64,000 nt of DNA from an uncultured bacterium. Its GTDB lineage: Bacteria > CSSED10-310. Positions 10,259 to 19,395 of this stretch are shown piece by piece (the first letter of the stretch is position 1; each line of letters opens with the position of its first letter). The notes beneath the pieces were generated by a model. It was not told where the DNA came from, searched no databases, and saw only the letters and a list, made by a program, of their open reading frames with translations. The translations under genes and the position numbers were made by a program. Location: assembly GCA_964512995.1 (NCBI GenBank), contig CAZELM010000002.1:18637-82636 (forward strand). The letters are read 5' to 3'.

Positions 10259-11370
10259 GGATGAGCCTCCGGCAATGGCGTGCCCGGCGTTCCGGAAGGA
10301 ACGGATTCCGCCGCAGGTTCGTTTCCCGGTGTCTGATCGGTCGCGGGAGTTGACTCCGAAATGGATTCCCCGGTGGCGGTTCCATCGTCAACCGAGGATT
10401 CTGTTGTAGCCGTTGGTGGGGGCGGGGGTTCGACGTATTTCCCCGTCATCACGATACCGGTGATCTTCCACTCCGATACCTCCCACTCCTGAGTCGGATC
10501 GACCCGGTCCGCCTGGATGAACAGGGAGATCAACACATCCCCGGTCAGATCCCGCCAGTGGGCACTGGCAAACTGATAGTCCAGGACATCATCGCGAATC
10601 TGGTCATGCCGATGTTCCCACTCCCCCGGCGGATTGGATTGAAAAATCCGCGATACATCGGTATACGTCGGGGATTTGAAATAATCGGCATAAAAGGCAT
10701 AGATGGAGCGATCATCGGCGGGTACCCGCATCTCGAACCGTCGGCCCAGCGCAATCCGCGGATCCATGGTATCGGAATCGAGTTCCTGCGCGTTGGGAGG
10801 GAGCGGCAATTCGATGTCTTTCGCGATGCGATACCATTGAGAGAAATGAATCGACGCCCATGATGCCGTATTGATCACGATCATGAACCCGACAATACCC
10901 GCCGTTACTTTGAACAACATCCCGTCAAACTCCGGTTTGGGACGTTTTTCCTGGGAAATCTTGCCGATCCAAGCACCGACAATCCAGATCGCCGTCCCTC
11001 CGATCCACGACATCCATGACATCGGATCTCCCAGCCAGTTCCATGGATCATTCATGAAAAAAATCTGGTAGAAAACAGGAAGCCCGGCGTTGAGGAACCC
11101 AGCGATCACCCAGATCACCGGAGATTCCGTGAAAAGGAGTCTGCCGATCAGAAATCCACCGCCAAGAAATGCGATGACATTGGGAATCAAAAGAAGCACT
11201 TCCGGTTTTTTTTCGCCTGCAACATCCCGCAATGCATACAACAATCCGAAAAATAAAATACCGTGAAGAATCTGCGCGCTCAGTATCGACAGGATCGATA
11301 TCCCCACATTCTTGACGCTTCTCGTTTGATAAAATGGTATTTTGCTCATAATCGTGTCACCTGATTTCAT
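10255..11370 (-). CDS. Polytopic membrane protein (about 5 TM) with an extracytoplasmic domain and a Pro/Thr/Ser-rich C-terminal tail; function unknown.
   Basis: Hydrophobic helices occupy the first 170 aa. The C-terminus is PPPPPTATTESSVDDGTATGES. The gene sits inside the GT4 operon with 4-nt overlaps on both sides. Confidence 0.55.
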   Translation of the reverse strand: MKSGDTIMSKIPFYQTRSVKNVGISILSILSAQILHGILFFGLLYALRDVAGEKKPEVLLLIPNVIAFLGGGFLIGRLLFTESPVIWVIAGFLNAGLPVFYQIFFMNDPWNWLGDPMSWMSWIGGTAIWIVGAWIGKISQEKRPKPEFDGMLFKVTAGIVGFMIVINTASWASIHFSQWYRIAKDIELPLPPNAQELDSDTMDPRIALGRRFEMRVPADDRSIYAFYADYFKSPTYTDVSRIFQSNPPGEWEHRHDQIRDDVLDYQFASAHWRDLTGDVLISLFIQADRVDPTQEWEVSEWKITGIVMTGKYVEPPPPPTATTESSVDDGTATGESISESTPATDQTPGNEPAAESVPSGTPGTPLPEAHP

Positions 11371-12539
11371 GATTTCATCCGATGAATGAGATTCTCATAT
11401 TTTGTCTCGATCACCGGCCAGTTGTAATGTGTCTGATAATACGCTCGACCCATCCGGCCCATCTGGTCCGCGATCTCCCGGTTGGTGACAAGATAGGTCA
11501 GGCACGCCGCAAATTCCTCATAATTTCTGTAAAACAACCCCCCATTGGATCGCCGGCATTGCCCCTCCAGAACTTCACATTTCGCATTGACCAGCACAGG
11601 CCGGGCCACTCGCCACGACTCGAGCAGAACCATGGACAGGCTTTCAAAAGGACTGGGCATCACCAGTAACTGCGTCCGTTCCAGTGCCCGTTGTTTGGCG
11701 GATTCGTCCACAAATCCCAGATGCCGGATTCGGGGATGGTCCGGGATGGGAATCACGCTGGAGCCGATCAGTGCCAGGTTAAGGGCTCTCTTTTCCGTCT
11801 GGATGTATCGCTGGAACATCCGGAAAAGATGATCGCAGCCTTTGTTTTTATCGATCCGGCCGACGTAAATGATGTATGGGTCGATAGCATCGAGAACCGC
11901 CTGAAATCCATAATCCGGCGCTGGGAGATCCGGTTGTTCGACCAGTCCGACCCCCACAATATCACTGGGAATCGTTTCATTTTTTGCGAGTTGCTGGATC
12001 AGGCATTTTTCTTCGTGGGAGTTGTAAGCAATGGCTCCCGGCAGATTGAATATTCCGGTGAAAATACTCAGATGAAGCGCCGGATCATGCTCGGCGGTCG
12101 GCACCAGCAGTGCTTTGGAGCGCACAGCCCGGAGGCATTCCACGGTGGTCCAGTACCGATAACTGAACAGGATCCAGACATCGATATCCGACCGGTGGCG
12201 GATGGCTTTCACCAGCGCGGGACAATAGGGACCATTCTGCCGGATCCATTCCAATTGATGCACCTCGGGCTGAGGCGCATGAAACACCAGATTCTGAATG
12301 CTCTCGAAGCGCCGGATGTTGCGCTGGTGTCTGACGGGGAACCGGTGAACCGGAACGTCATTGATGAGAACCGTTCCCTGGTGGTATTCGTTTTTCCATG
12401 TGACATAATCCCGTGCACAGGTTGTGAAGACTTCCACCGGATACCGCCGGCGCAGATGTTCGGCCACCAACCGGCAATGAAGCTCCGCTCCGCCGGAAAT
12501 ATCCAGGCCGTACCGTTGGATTACACACCCGATTTTCAT
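11367..12539 (-). CDS. Glycosyltransferase family 4-like (GT-B).
   Basis: MKIGCVIQRYGLDISGGAELHCRLVAEHL and ESLSMVLLESW. I place the start at the internal M (12539) by analogy with its paralog; the track ORF extends to 12572. Confidence 0.75.
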   Translation of the reverse strand: MKIGCVIQRYGLDISGGAELHCRLVAEHLRRRYPVEVFTTCARDYVTWKNEYHQGTVLINDVPVHRFPVRHQRNIRRFESIQNLVFHAPQPEVHQLEWIRQNGPYCPALVKAIRHRSDIDVWILFSYRYWTTVECLRAVRSKALLVPTAEHDPALHLSIFTGIFNLPGAIAYNSHEEKCLIQQLAKNETIPSDIVGVGLVEQPDLPAPDYGFQAVLDAIDPYIIYVGRIDKNKGCDHLFRMFQRYIQTEKRALNLALIGSSVIPIPDHPRIRHLGFVDESAKQRALERTQLLVMPSPFESLSMVLLESWRVARPVLVNAKCEVLEGQCRRSNGGLFYRNYEEFAACLTYLVTNREIADQMGRMGRAYYQTHYNWPVIETKYENLIHRMKS

Positions 12540-12549
12540 AGGCATCCGA

Positions 12550-13704
12550 TCAGGCGCACAGCAGTTTCTCATACTTGGCCATGATTGCCAGCCAATTATA
12601 ATGCTCCAGATAATACCGGTTTCCCTGATTACCCAGAGTGATGCACAGATCGTTTCGATGCATCAGCAACTGGAGACAGTGAAAAAACTCATCGGCATTC
12701 CGGTAATAAAGACCTCCTCCGGACCGGATACACTGGCCTTTGAGAACATCGCACTGCCCGTTGCAGAGCACTGGTTTGCAGAGTTTCCATGCTTCGAGGA
12801 CCACCATGGACAGGCTTTCCAGCCGGCTGGGCATGATCAGCGCACGAGCGTTGGCGAGGATCGCCAGTTTTTCGGCTTCGGACAGAACGCCCAGGTAATG
12901 GATATTGGCATGATCGGGCAATGGCATCTCCTGTTTCCCAATCAGAGCCAGTTCAGGACATTGAGCGGAATCGCGGAAATACCGGAGAATCAACTGAATC
13001 ATTTCCATGCATCCTTTGGCCTGCTCGATCCGGCCGATGTACAGGAAGTACGATTCCGGCAGACTGAATCTTCGGAGTATATCCGGATCATCGGATGAAT
13101 TCACGTCTGGCAAACCGACTCCCACAATCTCGCCAGGAACGTGTCCGTTCCCGGACAGATACTGGATGAGCTGGCGTTCTTCGATGGAGTTGTACGCGAT
13201 GGCTCTGGGTCGCGTCAGCGACTCCCGATGGATCGGTAGATAAATGGATCTATCATGTTCAGCCGTCGGCACCAGAATGCTCCGGGAACCATGTCGTTTC
13301 AGGAGTTGCCAGGTTGTCCAGTAGCGGAATGAGAAGAGAATCAAGCGGTCGATGTCCGATCTGGAATCGACGTAATCGATCAGTTCCGGGCAATACGGAC
13401 CGTGATCCTCCAGATACCGAATCTCTTCTTCCGGAGATGGGTAGCCGTGAAGAACGTGGAAGGCGAGGATGTCGAAGTCCGGGGACCGCTCCCGGTTCAC
13501 AGGAAACCGGTGAACCGGTATGCCGTTGACTGAACCGGTACCGGGTGCCAAGACATTTTTCCATGTCAGATAATCCATAGCGCATGTTGTGGCGATTTCG
13601 ACCTGATGCCGGCCGGCAAGGTGCTCCGCCACCAGCCGGCAATGATATTCAGCTCCTCCGACAATTTCTACTCCGTATCTTTGAACAACAAAGAGAAGTT
13701 TCAT
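12550..13704 (-). CDS. Glycosyltransferase family 4-like (GT-B); tandem paralog of 11367..12539.
   Basis: MKLLFVVQRYGVEIVGGAEYHCRLVAEHL and ESLSMVVLEAW. I chose the start at M17 (13704), which removes a 26-nt overlap with the upstream gene. Confidence 0.75.
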   Translation of the reverse strand: MKLLFVVQRYGVEIVGGAEYHCRLVAEHLAGRHQVEIATTCAMDYLTWKNVLAPGTGSVNGIPVHRFPVNRERSPDFDILAFHVLHGYPSPEEEIRYLEDHGPYCPELIDYVDSRSDIDRLILFSFRYWTTWQLLKRHGSRSILVPTAEHDRSIYLPIHRESLTRPRAIAYNSIEERQLIQYLSGNGHVPGEIVGVGLPDVNSSDDPDILRRFSLPESYFLYIGRIEQAKGCMEMIQLILRYFRDSAQCPELALIGKQEMPLPDHANIHYLGVLSEAEKLAILANARALIMPSRLESLSMVVLEAWKLCKPVLCNGQCDVLKGQCIRSGGGLYYRNADEFFHCLQLLMHRNDLCITLGNQGNRYYLEHYNWLAIMAKYEKLLCA

Positions 13705-13726
13705 GAATGACAGCCGGAAGCCGGTA

Positions 13727-14251
13727 TCAGGAGGGATCTTTGAACTGGACAAGTTTTTCCAGAGTCTTGATCCGCTTCTCCAGAAATTCCTTTTCCCGTT
13801 CGATACGATCCACCCGATTCCTGAGCGCGGAATGATCGATCTGGAGACGGGTGATTTCCCGAACCAGGTTGTGCAGAAGATGGGCGAAGTAGAGATTGAT
13901 CTGAGCCTGGCGGCCGATAAGATGATCGGTATAGAGCCGGATCACCGGTCGAACGACTTTTTTGAGCGCGACGATCAGTTTGCCTTTCAACCCGGATCGG
14001 TGGGAGGAGATGATGTAACTGGAGTTGATATTCCAGGCGTGATCCGGCGACCGGAGCCGCTCCAGTAAAACAGAATCGATATCCGCTTCCTCAGCGAACT
14101 GAAGGATCTTGGCGTCCGCCAGTTCAGCGATGCTTTCTTCGGTATAAATCCCGGCTTTCTGCTTTTCCGCAATGGCCTGACGAATCCGCTCCATGATCTT
14201 TGTCACGTCCACATCTGCGCCGATTTCAAAATTCATCCATTCATCACTCAT
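13727..14251 (-). CDS. Hypothetical coiled-coil protein.
   Basis: 174-aa ORF. Its C-terminal half (LRNRVDRIEREKEFLEKRIKTLEKL) looks like a heptad coiled coil. I recognise no known domain. Confidence 0.45.
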   Translation of the reverse strand: MSDEWMNFEIGADVDVTKIMERIRQAIAEKQKAGIYTEESIAELADAKILQFAEEADIDSVLLERLRSPDHAWNINSSYIISSHRSGLKGKLIVALKKVVRPVIRLYTDHLIGRQAQINLYFAHLLHNLVREITRLQIDHSALRNRVDRIEREKEFLEKRIKTLEKLVQFKDPS

Positions 14252-14287
14252 TCAGCAATCCTCCCGTTGAACCAAATCCAGCCGATG

Positions 14288-15112
14288 TTAAAGCAATGTG
14301 GTTGAAATGTGAAGCCCGCCCGAGATTTTAATATTCTGGCCGGTGATGGCACGGGATTCGGGTGACAGCAGCCAGGAAACAGCGCCGGTGATCTCCCCCA
14401 TCTCAGCAAACCGGGACATCGGAATTTTGGGGAGCATGGCGCGAAAGTTAGGTCTGGACTCATGTTCCGGAGGTTGAACAATCCCCGGAGAAATCATATT
14501 GACGGTGATTCCATCGGAGGAGACGGATTTGGCGCAGGACCGCATGAGGCTGTAGAGTCCATGTTTGGCCGCGGCATAGGGTGCGATGGTTCGGTATCCT
14601 GAGGAACTGCCGATTCCGGAGAATCCGAACAAGATCACGCGGCCCGACCGGCAGCGCTTCATTTCCGGCAGAACATATCTCAGAAGATGGACGGCAGAGA
14701 GCAGATTCCCCGCAAACATTTCCATCCAGACATCCCCGGGCGGGATGACTTCGGGTGAATAATGGATCGGCCCGACGCAGTGAATCACGGCATCCGGAAC
14801 GCCCTGGGATTCGAGAATGGTGGCATGGAGATTCCTGACGGATTCATCCACGGTAAAATCCGCTGTGTAACAAGTTACATCGGCTTCGACGACACTGCCG
14901 AGCTGTTTCAGTGCAGTCATTCGGGGAGTGATCGATCGGTTGCAGAGTGCCAGGTTCCAGCCGGTTCCTATCAGATGATCCGCTATGGCAGCTCCGATTC
15001 CAGCCCCGGAACCACTGATCAAGGCAAGCCGGGATGGTCGGCTCTCTGGATAGTTTGTTATTTTTTTCATTTCATTTCTGATGAATCTATTGGTATTTTG
15101 TATATAGGTCAT
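14288..15112 (-). CDS. Short-chain dehydrogenase/reductase (classical SDR).
   Basis: The Rossmann motif ALISGSGAGIGAAIA and the catalytic YAAAK motif are present. The start may instead be the internal MKKITNY at about 15070. Confidence 0.8.
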   Translation of the reverse strand: MTYIQNTNRFIRNEMKKITNYPESRPSRLALISGSGAGIGAAIADHLIGTGWNLALCNRSITPRMTALKQLGSVVEADVTCYTADFTVDESVRNLHATILESQGVPDAVIHCVGPIHYSPEVIPPGDVWMEMFAGNLLSAVHLLRYVLPEMKRCRSGRVILFGFSGIGSSSGYRTIAPYAAAKHGLYSLMRSCAKSVSSDGITVNMISPGIVQPPEHESRPNFRAMLPKIPMSRFAEMGEITGAVSWLLSPESRAITGQNIKISGGLHISTTLL

Positions 15113-15180
15113 TGCACCGCTTCTAAAGCGGTGCTAAGGTGATAGCATGATTCGGATAACTGTGACAAGGAAATAACCAC

Positions 15181-16755
15181 GTGAAATGGATAGCTAACAG
15201 TTTCGGATGTATTTTGGGAATCGTCATCAGTGTGCTCATTTTTGACGTAATGATGAACTCGCTCCATGCAGATTCTGCCACGGCAACGAAGACAGAATCA
15301 GCCCTCCAGATGGTTGCTCAAGCAGTGGATAAATTGGAAAAAAATACATTTGCTCCAATGAACTCCCAGAAAATTATCTATGGGGGAATCCAGGGGATGT
15401 TCCGGACACTGGATCCCTACAGTCAGTTTTTGGACGAAGATGTCTTCAGTTATATGCAGGCGCAGCAGCAAGGAAGTTTTTTTGGGATCGGTGTTTCCTT
15501 TGATATCAAGGATGGACAGCTCATGGTGATTGCTCCCATCGAAGATTCACCGGCATGGAAACTGGGAATCCAACCGGGCGACATCATCGTTGAAATAGAA
15601 GGGGAATCAACCGTAGGGATCACGTCTGCAGATGTACTGAAAAAGTTACGCGGACAGAAAGGGTCCAAAGTAAACATAGCTGTGAAGCGTTATGGGCATG
15701 ACGAACCGATTCACTTCGAAATTGTACGGGACAAGATCAATCTGACCTCCGTTCGCGGCGGATTTTTACTGGATGACCAGACCGGTTATGTGCGGTTGAC
15801 AGAGTTTTCCGCCACATCAGCCAGTGAGTTGCTCGATGCGCTCTACACATTGAAAAGCAAGGGAATGAAGCAGCTCATTCTGGATTTGCGGTTCAATGGC
15901 GGAGGATTGCTGAACGCCGCAGATGATGTTTCATCCCTCTTTTTGAAAAAAGGTGCATTGATCGTTTCTACAAAAGGAAGAAATCCCGACAATCAGATGG
16001 AGTTAGCTGTCAAACAGGATGGAACGTTCATCGATCTTCCACTGATTGTCCTGGTCAACGAAAGCAGTGCCAGTGCGTCGGAGATTGTAGCTGGCACGAT
16101 ACAGGATCACGACCGGGGATTGATCGTTGGAACGACCACTCATGGTAAGGGTCTGGTTGGCAGTCAGATTCCGAGCAGACTGGGAACAGCCGTCCAGATC
16201 ACCTCTGCGCAATATTTTACGGCATCCGGCCGCTTCATTCAGAAACCGTTCAGCATTCCTCACCGGAAGTCACTCAAAGGGGAAGGCACTATGCTGAATG
16301 CAGAGGGCGACAAATCCATTCATTACACGGAAAAAGGCCGCAAAGTATTTGGAGGGGGCGGAATAACACCGGATGTCATCATTCAGGATTCCACTCAAAC
16401 ACCGACATACTACATGATCGAAAATCGGCGGTTATTTTTTGATTTTGCGGTGCAACACGGTGAATCACTCAAACCCATTACACCGGAATTGATCATCTCC
16501 GATGCAGTGTATGACATGTTTCTGGCTTACTGCGAAGAACAGAAAGTGCCCATTTCGACATCCGAAATCGAAAAAGACAAAGAAGCCATCAAAGTCGCTA
16601 TAAAAAGGGAACTGCTCAATGTGTTTGTGAATACCACCGTTGGTGAAAAAATCCGTGTGGAGAATCTGAACATCGTCCAGGAAGCGCTAAAACTGTTTCC
16701 CAAACTGAGTACCATACTCGCGAGCGATTCCACAGAGACACGTCCGGTGAATTAA
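15181..16755 (+). CDS. ctpA: Carboxyl-terminal processing protease (S41 peptidase with PDZ domain).
   Basis: PDZ motif GIQPGDIIVEIEG, the catalytic Ser motif NESSASASEIVAG and the Lys motif HGKG are present. It begins with a GTG start, as translated in the track. Confidence 0.85.
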   Translation: MKWIANSFGCILGIVISVLIFDVMMNSLHADSATATKTESALQMVAQAVDKLEKNTFAPMNSQKIIYGGIQGMFRTLDPYSQFLDEDVFSYMQAQQQGSFFGIGVSFDIKDGQLMVIAPIEDSPAWKLGIQPGDIIVEIEGESTVGITSADVLKKLRGQKGSKVNIAVKRYGHDEPIHFEIVRDKINLTSVRGGFLLDDQTGYVRLTEFSATSASELLDALYTLKSKGMKQLILDLRFNGGGLLNAADDVSSLFLKKGALIVSTKGRNPDNQMELAVKQDGTFIDLPLIVLVNESSASASEIVAGTIQDHDRGLIVGTTTHGKGLVGSQIPSRLGTAVQITSAQYFTASGRFIQKPFSIPHRKSLKGEGTMLNAEGDKSIHYTEKGRKVFGGGGITPDVIIQDSTQTPTYYMIENRRLFFDFAVQHGESLKPITPELIISDAVYDMFLAYCEEQKVPISTSEIEKDKEAIKVAIKRELLNVFVNTTVGEKIRVENLNIVQEALKLFPKLSTILASDSTETRPVN

Positions 16756-17010
16756 CCGTTCATGAGGATTCGGAAAAACATTGCATCAGGTTCCACCGCC
16801 TCTTCAAATCCCCAGAGGCATTCATCCGGTCATAATCCTGAACCACTCACAGACTCAACACACGCTTCCGAAACTGGATGTAAAAAAATAGATTTATACC
16901 CATTGGTGATTGCCGGATGCATTACTATTTCTTTTTATTTTCTGATTTTCTGTTTTGTTGAGTAAGTTCAGGGCATCTCATCTGATTTTTAGGCTGGCTG
17001 GGAGTTACCT

Positions 17011-17658
17011 TCAGTTTTTCTTGGTTTTGGGAGTAGCGCTCAGGATAGCACTGAAAATCCATTTCGATGCATAGAGCATCCAGATGAAAGCAGGAACGAT
17101 CATCGAACCAGCCTGTTCCATGAACCCATGCATGAATCTCAGTAATTTAATTTTATAATACCAGACCTGCACATTGGGAATGGTCGGATTGATGATGAAT
17201 GTCTGATTTGCGAAATAATACGATTGAAGTCCTAATTGAATATGAATGAGATGACTGATACAGAGAAAAACACTGCCAGCGAAAAAAAACACAACCAATC
17301 GTTTCCAACTGATAAATGGAGAGGCGAATAAAAATGCCAGGAATGGAATGATATTGAAATGGACGGTATTCAGAAAGATGTCGATGCTGACCGGTTTTGG
17401 GTTTTTGATTGGAGCGGGTCCCCCGACATACGGTTCAAACAATACTGAGAAAGAGCCTCGATCCTCGGTATACCTTGAATCCATGACTTCCAAATTCCTG
17501 CCGACCAGATAGAGCGTTGACTTTCTTAGAAACGCATTATATGGCTCCAGGATAAATCCCCATAAAAAAAATGCCAGGATGCTAAAAAAAATGAACTTAA
17601 CAAAAAAAACCCACCAACCCAGACCAGACGGGCGCCAAAATTTTTCCCAGTTATTCAA
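17011..17658 (-). CDS. Polytopic membrane protein immediately downstream of the exosortase-like gene; function unknown (possible sortase-associated).
   Basis: 215 aa, highly hydrophobic, with several predicted TM segments. It is same-strand and 66 nt downstream of 17725..18345. Confidence 0.45.
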   Translation of the reverse strand: MNNWEKFWRPSGLGWWVFFVKFIFFSILAFFLWGFILEPYNAFLRKSTLYLVGRNLEVMDSRYTEDRGSFSVLFEPYVGGPAPIKNPKPVSIDIFLNTVHFNIIPFLAFLFASPFISWKRLVVFFFAGSVFLCISHLIHIQLGLQSYYFANQTFIINPTIPNVQVWYYKIKLLRFMHGFMEQAGSMIVPAFIWMLYASKWIFSAILSATPKTKKN

Positions 17659-17724
17659 TGAGCCACTCCTGTTCCAATATTCTTGTTAACGAGCCAGATT
17701 AATGATCTAGGAATGAAAGGCCTC

Positions 17725-18345
17725 TCACCCAAATGAAGGCTGTATTTTGTCTGGTGATTCTCCGCTGGGATCATCCGGGCTTTTTGGATTCTCCTCGCGA
17801 ATCATTTTTTCTTTCCAGAACACCCAAAAACCGATTACGAATAAAATGAAAATACCCTGCCAAAGAAACTCGTGATAAAAATCGAAATGTTTACGCCATC
17901 GCATGCCGATAATGCCTAATGCAGCCATGCGGATGGTATTGATGGTATAGAGACCAAACCAGCCGAATAAAAGACCGTATACCTTTTCCAGAACTTTTGC
18001 CGGATAAGCCAGAACCGCTGCCGCATAGATCATCATGCCAAAAACACCGGCACAGTGATAGATAATCGTAAAACGAAATCCGCCGGGTAACAGAACAACC
18101 GCATCATTCGCCATTGCCTCGATTCCAATCATTTTCAAAACAATAATAACGGATTTGGCCATTAACATAGGCAATTTTACCGAGATATATTGCTCCGAGA
18201 CACTCCAATGCAGAAAAAAGTAAAACAAGACACAGAAATAGCCGAATAACAAATAAAACTTGAATAAGACTATGTTCTGTCTGAATAAATCGCCAATTCG
18301 ACGTAACGTCAAAATATTCCTCCTTCGATTGCCGGGATTTTCCAT
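17725..18345 (-). CDS. Exosortase/archaeosortase-family transpeptidase-like membrane protein (short form).
   Basis: A Cys lies in a TM segment (IIYHCAGVFG) and is followed 41 residues later by INTIRMAAL. This is the spacing between the catalytic Cys and the conserved Arg in ArtA, and it resembles the CSG...ANxxRI pattern of exosortases. Confidence 0.55.
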   Translation of the reverse strand: MENPGNRRRNILTLRRIGDLFRQNIVLFKFYLLFGYFCVLFYFFLHWSVSEQYISVKLPMLMAKSVIIVLKMIGIEAMANDAVVLLPGGFRFTIIYHCAGVFGMMIYAAAVLAYPAKVLEKVYGLLFGWFGLYTINTIRMAALGIIGMRWRKHFDFYHEFLWQGIFILFVIGFWVFWKEKMIREENPKSPDDPSGESPDKIQPSFG

Positions 18346-18425
18346 CCTTACTTGATCCCGGAATTTTTACGATTATATTTATAGAAGCGTATTATCGTCA
18401 AGTCAGTGATATGTAGGAGTCCTGA

Positions 18426-19313
18426 ATGGTTACTGAATCCTCAATTCCCCAATCCCAGAAATTCGATCGATTGCATCAACTAGCACTCACACTGTATCGG
18501 AACGGCCAGCGAGAGACTGCGCTGCATTACTGGATGAAGATCAAGGACGAGTTTCCGGAATTTCCGGATATCGATGAATGGATTGATGCCGCATCTCGAC
18601 CGATTCACAATCCCAAATCCACGCCACCCCCCTCACCGGATCCATCTGTTTTCCGGCAACAAAAAGAAATGATCAATCGGGCAAAACGTGGAGACCGGAT
18701 TGGACATACATTTACCCCCAAGCCGGGACTTGAACTCCCTCGCCAGTATTTCCGTCATCGACACATCGGGTTGATCTTTCTGATCGGTTTTTTTGTCTAC
18801 CTGTTGGCCAGTTTCAATAATAACCGCTCTGTCCTGTTCAAGCTTTATCCCGAAACCGGGCGAGTCACATATTCACAAGGAAGTTTTTTTCCTTATGGCT
18901 GGGAGAAAGGAACTGAACTGAGTATTGGATTGGAACCTGGATGGGAACAGGATCTGGATGATCCGGAACTCACCAATACATTGATACATGGATTACGAAT
19001 CAAAAATTCCGGAGATTTCGATCAGCTTCTGATTACCCTCTATCAAAAACTCGGTCGAAAAGCGCTTCACGTGCAGAGCATTGAAAAGCAACAGCAGGCA
19101 ATCTATTATTTCAAAAAAATCGAAAAGGCCAAATATTTAGACCTGGTAAAGGATGAACTCAGCCAGGGATTCCTCAACCTGGCGACTCTTTATTGGGAGC
19201 AAAACCAAGATATCCGGTCTGCGGCGCAATACCTTCAGATCGCTCGATATTACGCACCATCCAATCCCGGTATCGATCACCTTCAGGAAAAGCTGTCGGA
19301 AACCGACCAATGA
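18426..19313 (+). CDS. Hypothetical protein with one TM segment and TPR-like repeats.
   Basis: ALHYWMKIKDEFPEF and LATLYWEQNQDIRSAAQYLQIARYYAP are TPR-like. There is a central hydrophobic segment IGLIFLIGFFVYLLASF. Confidence 0.5.
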   Translation: MVTESSIPQSQKFDRLHQLALTLYRNGQRETALHYWMKIKDEFPEFPDIDEWIDAASRPIHNPKSTPPPSPDPSVFRQQKEMINRAKRGDRIGHTFTPKPGLELPRQYFRHRHIGLIFLIGFFVYLLASFNNNRSVLFKLYPETGRVTYSQGSFFPYGWEKGTELSIGLEPGWEQDLDDPELTNTLIHGLRIKNSGDFDQLLITLYQKLGRKALHVQSIEKQQQAIYYFKKIEKAKYLDLVKDELSQGFLNLATLYWEQNQDIRSAAQYLQIARYYAPSNPGIDHLQEKLSETDQ

Positions 19314-19395
19314 ATCCACCAGATAGGCGTCTGATGAATGCGGAAACAGAATCATCCGGACGCAACAACAATACCCCGGGATCAAAGCCGCTTAT

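Noticed and set aside
11691-12584. 297-aa + ORF antisense to the GT4 gene.
   Set aside because: It has no motifs, and the minus-strand GT4 shows clear family signatures and paralogy.
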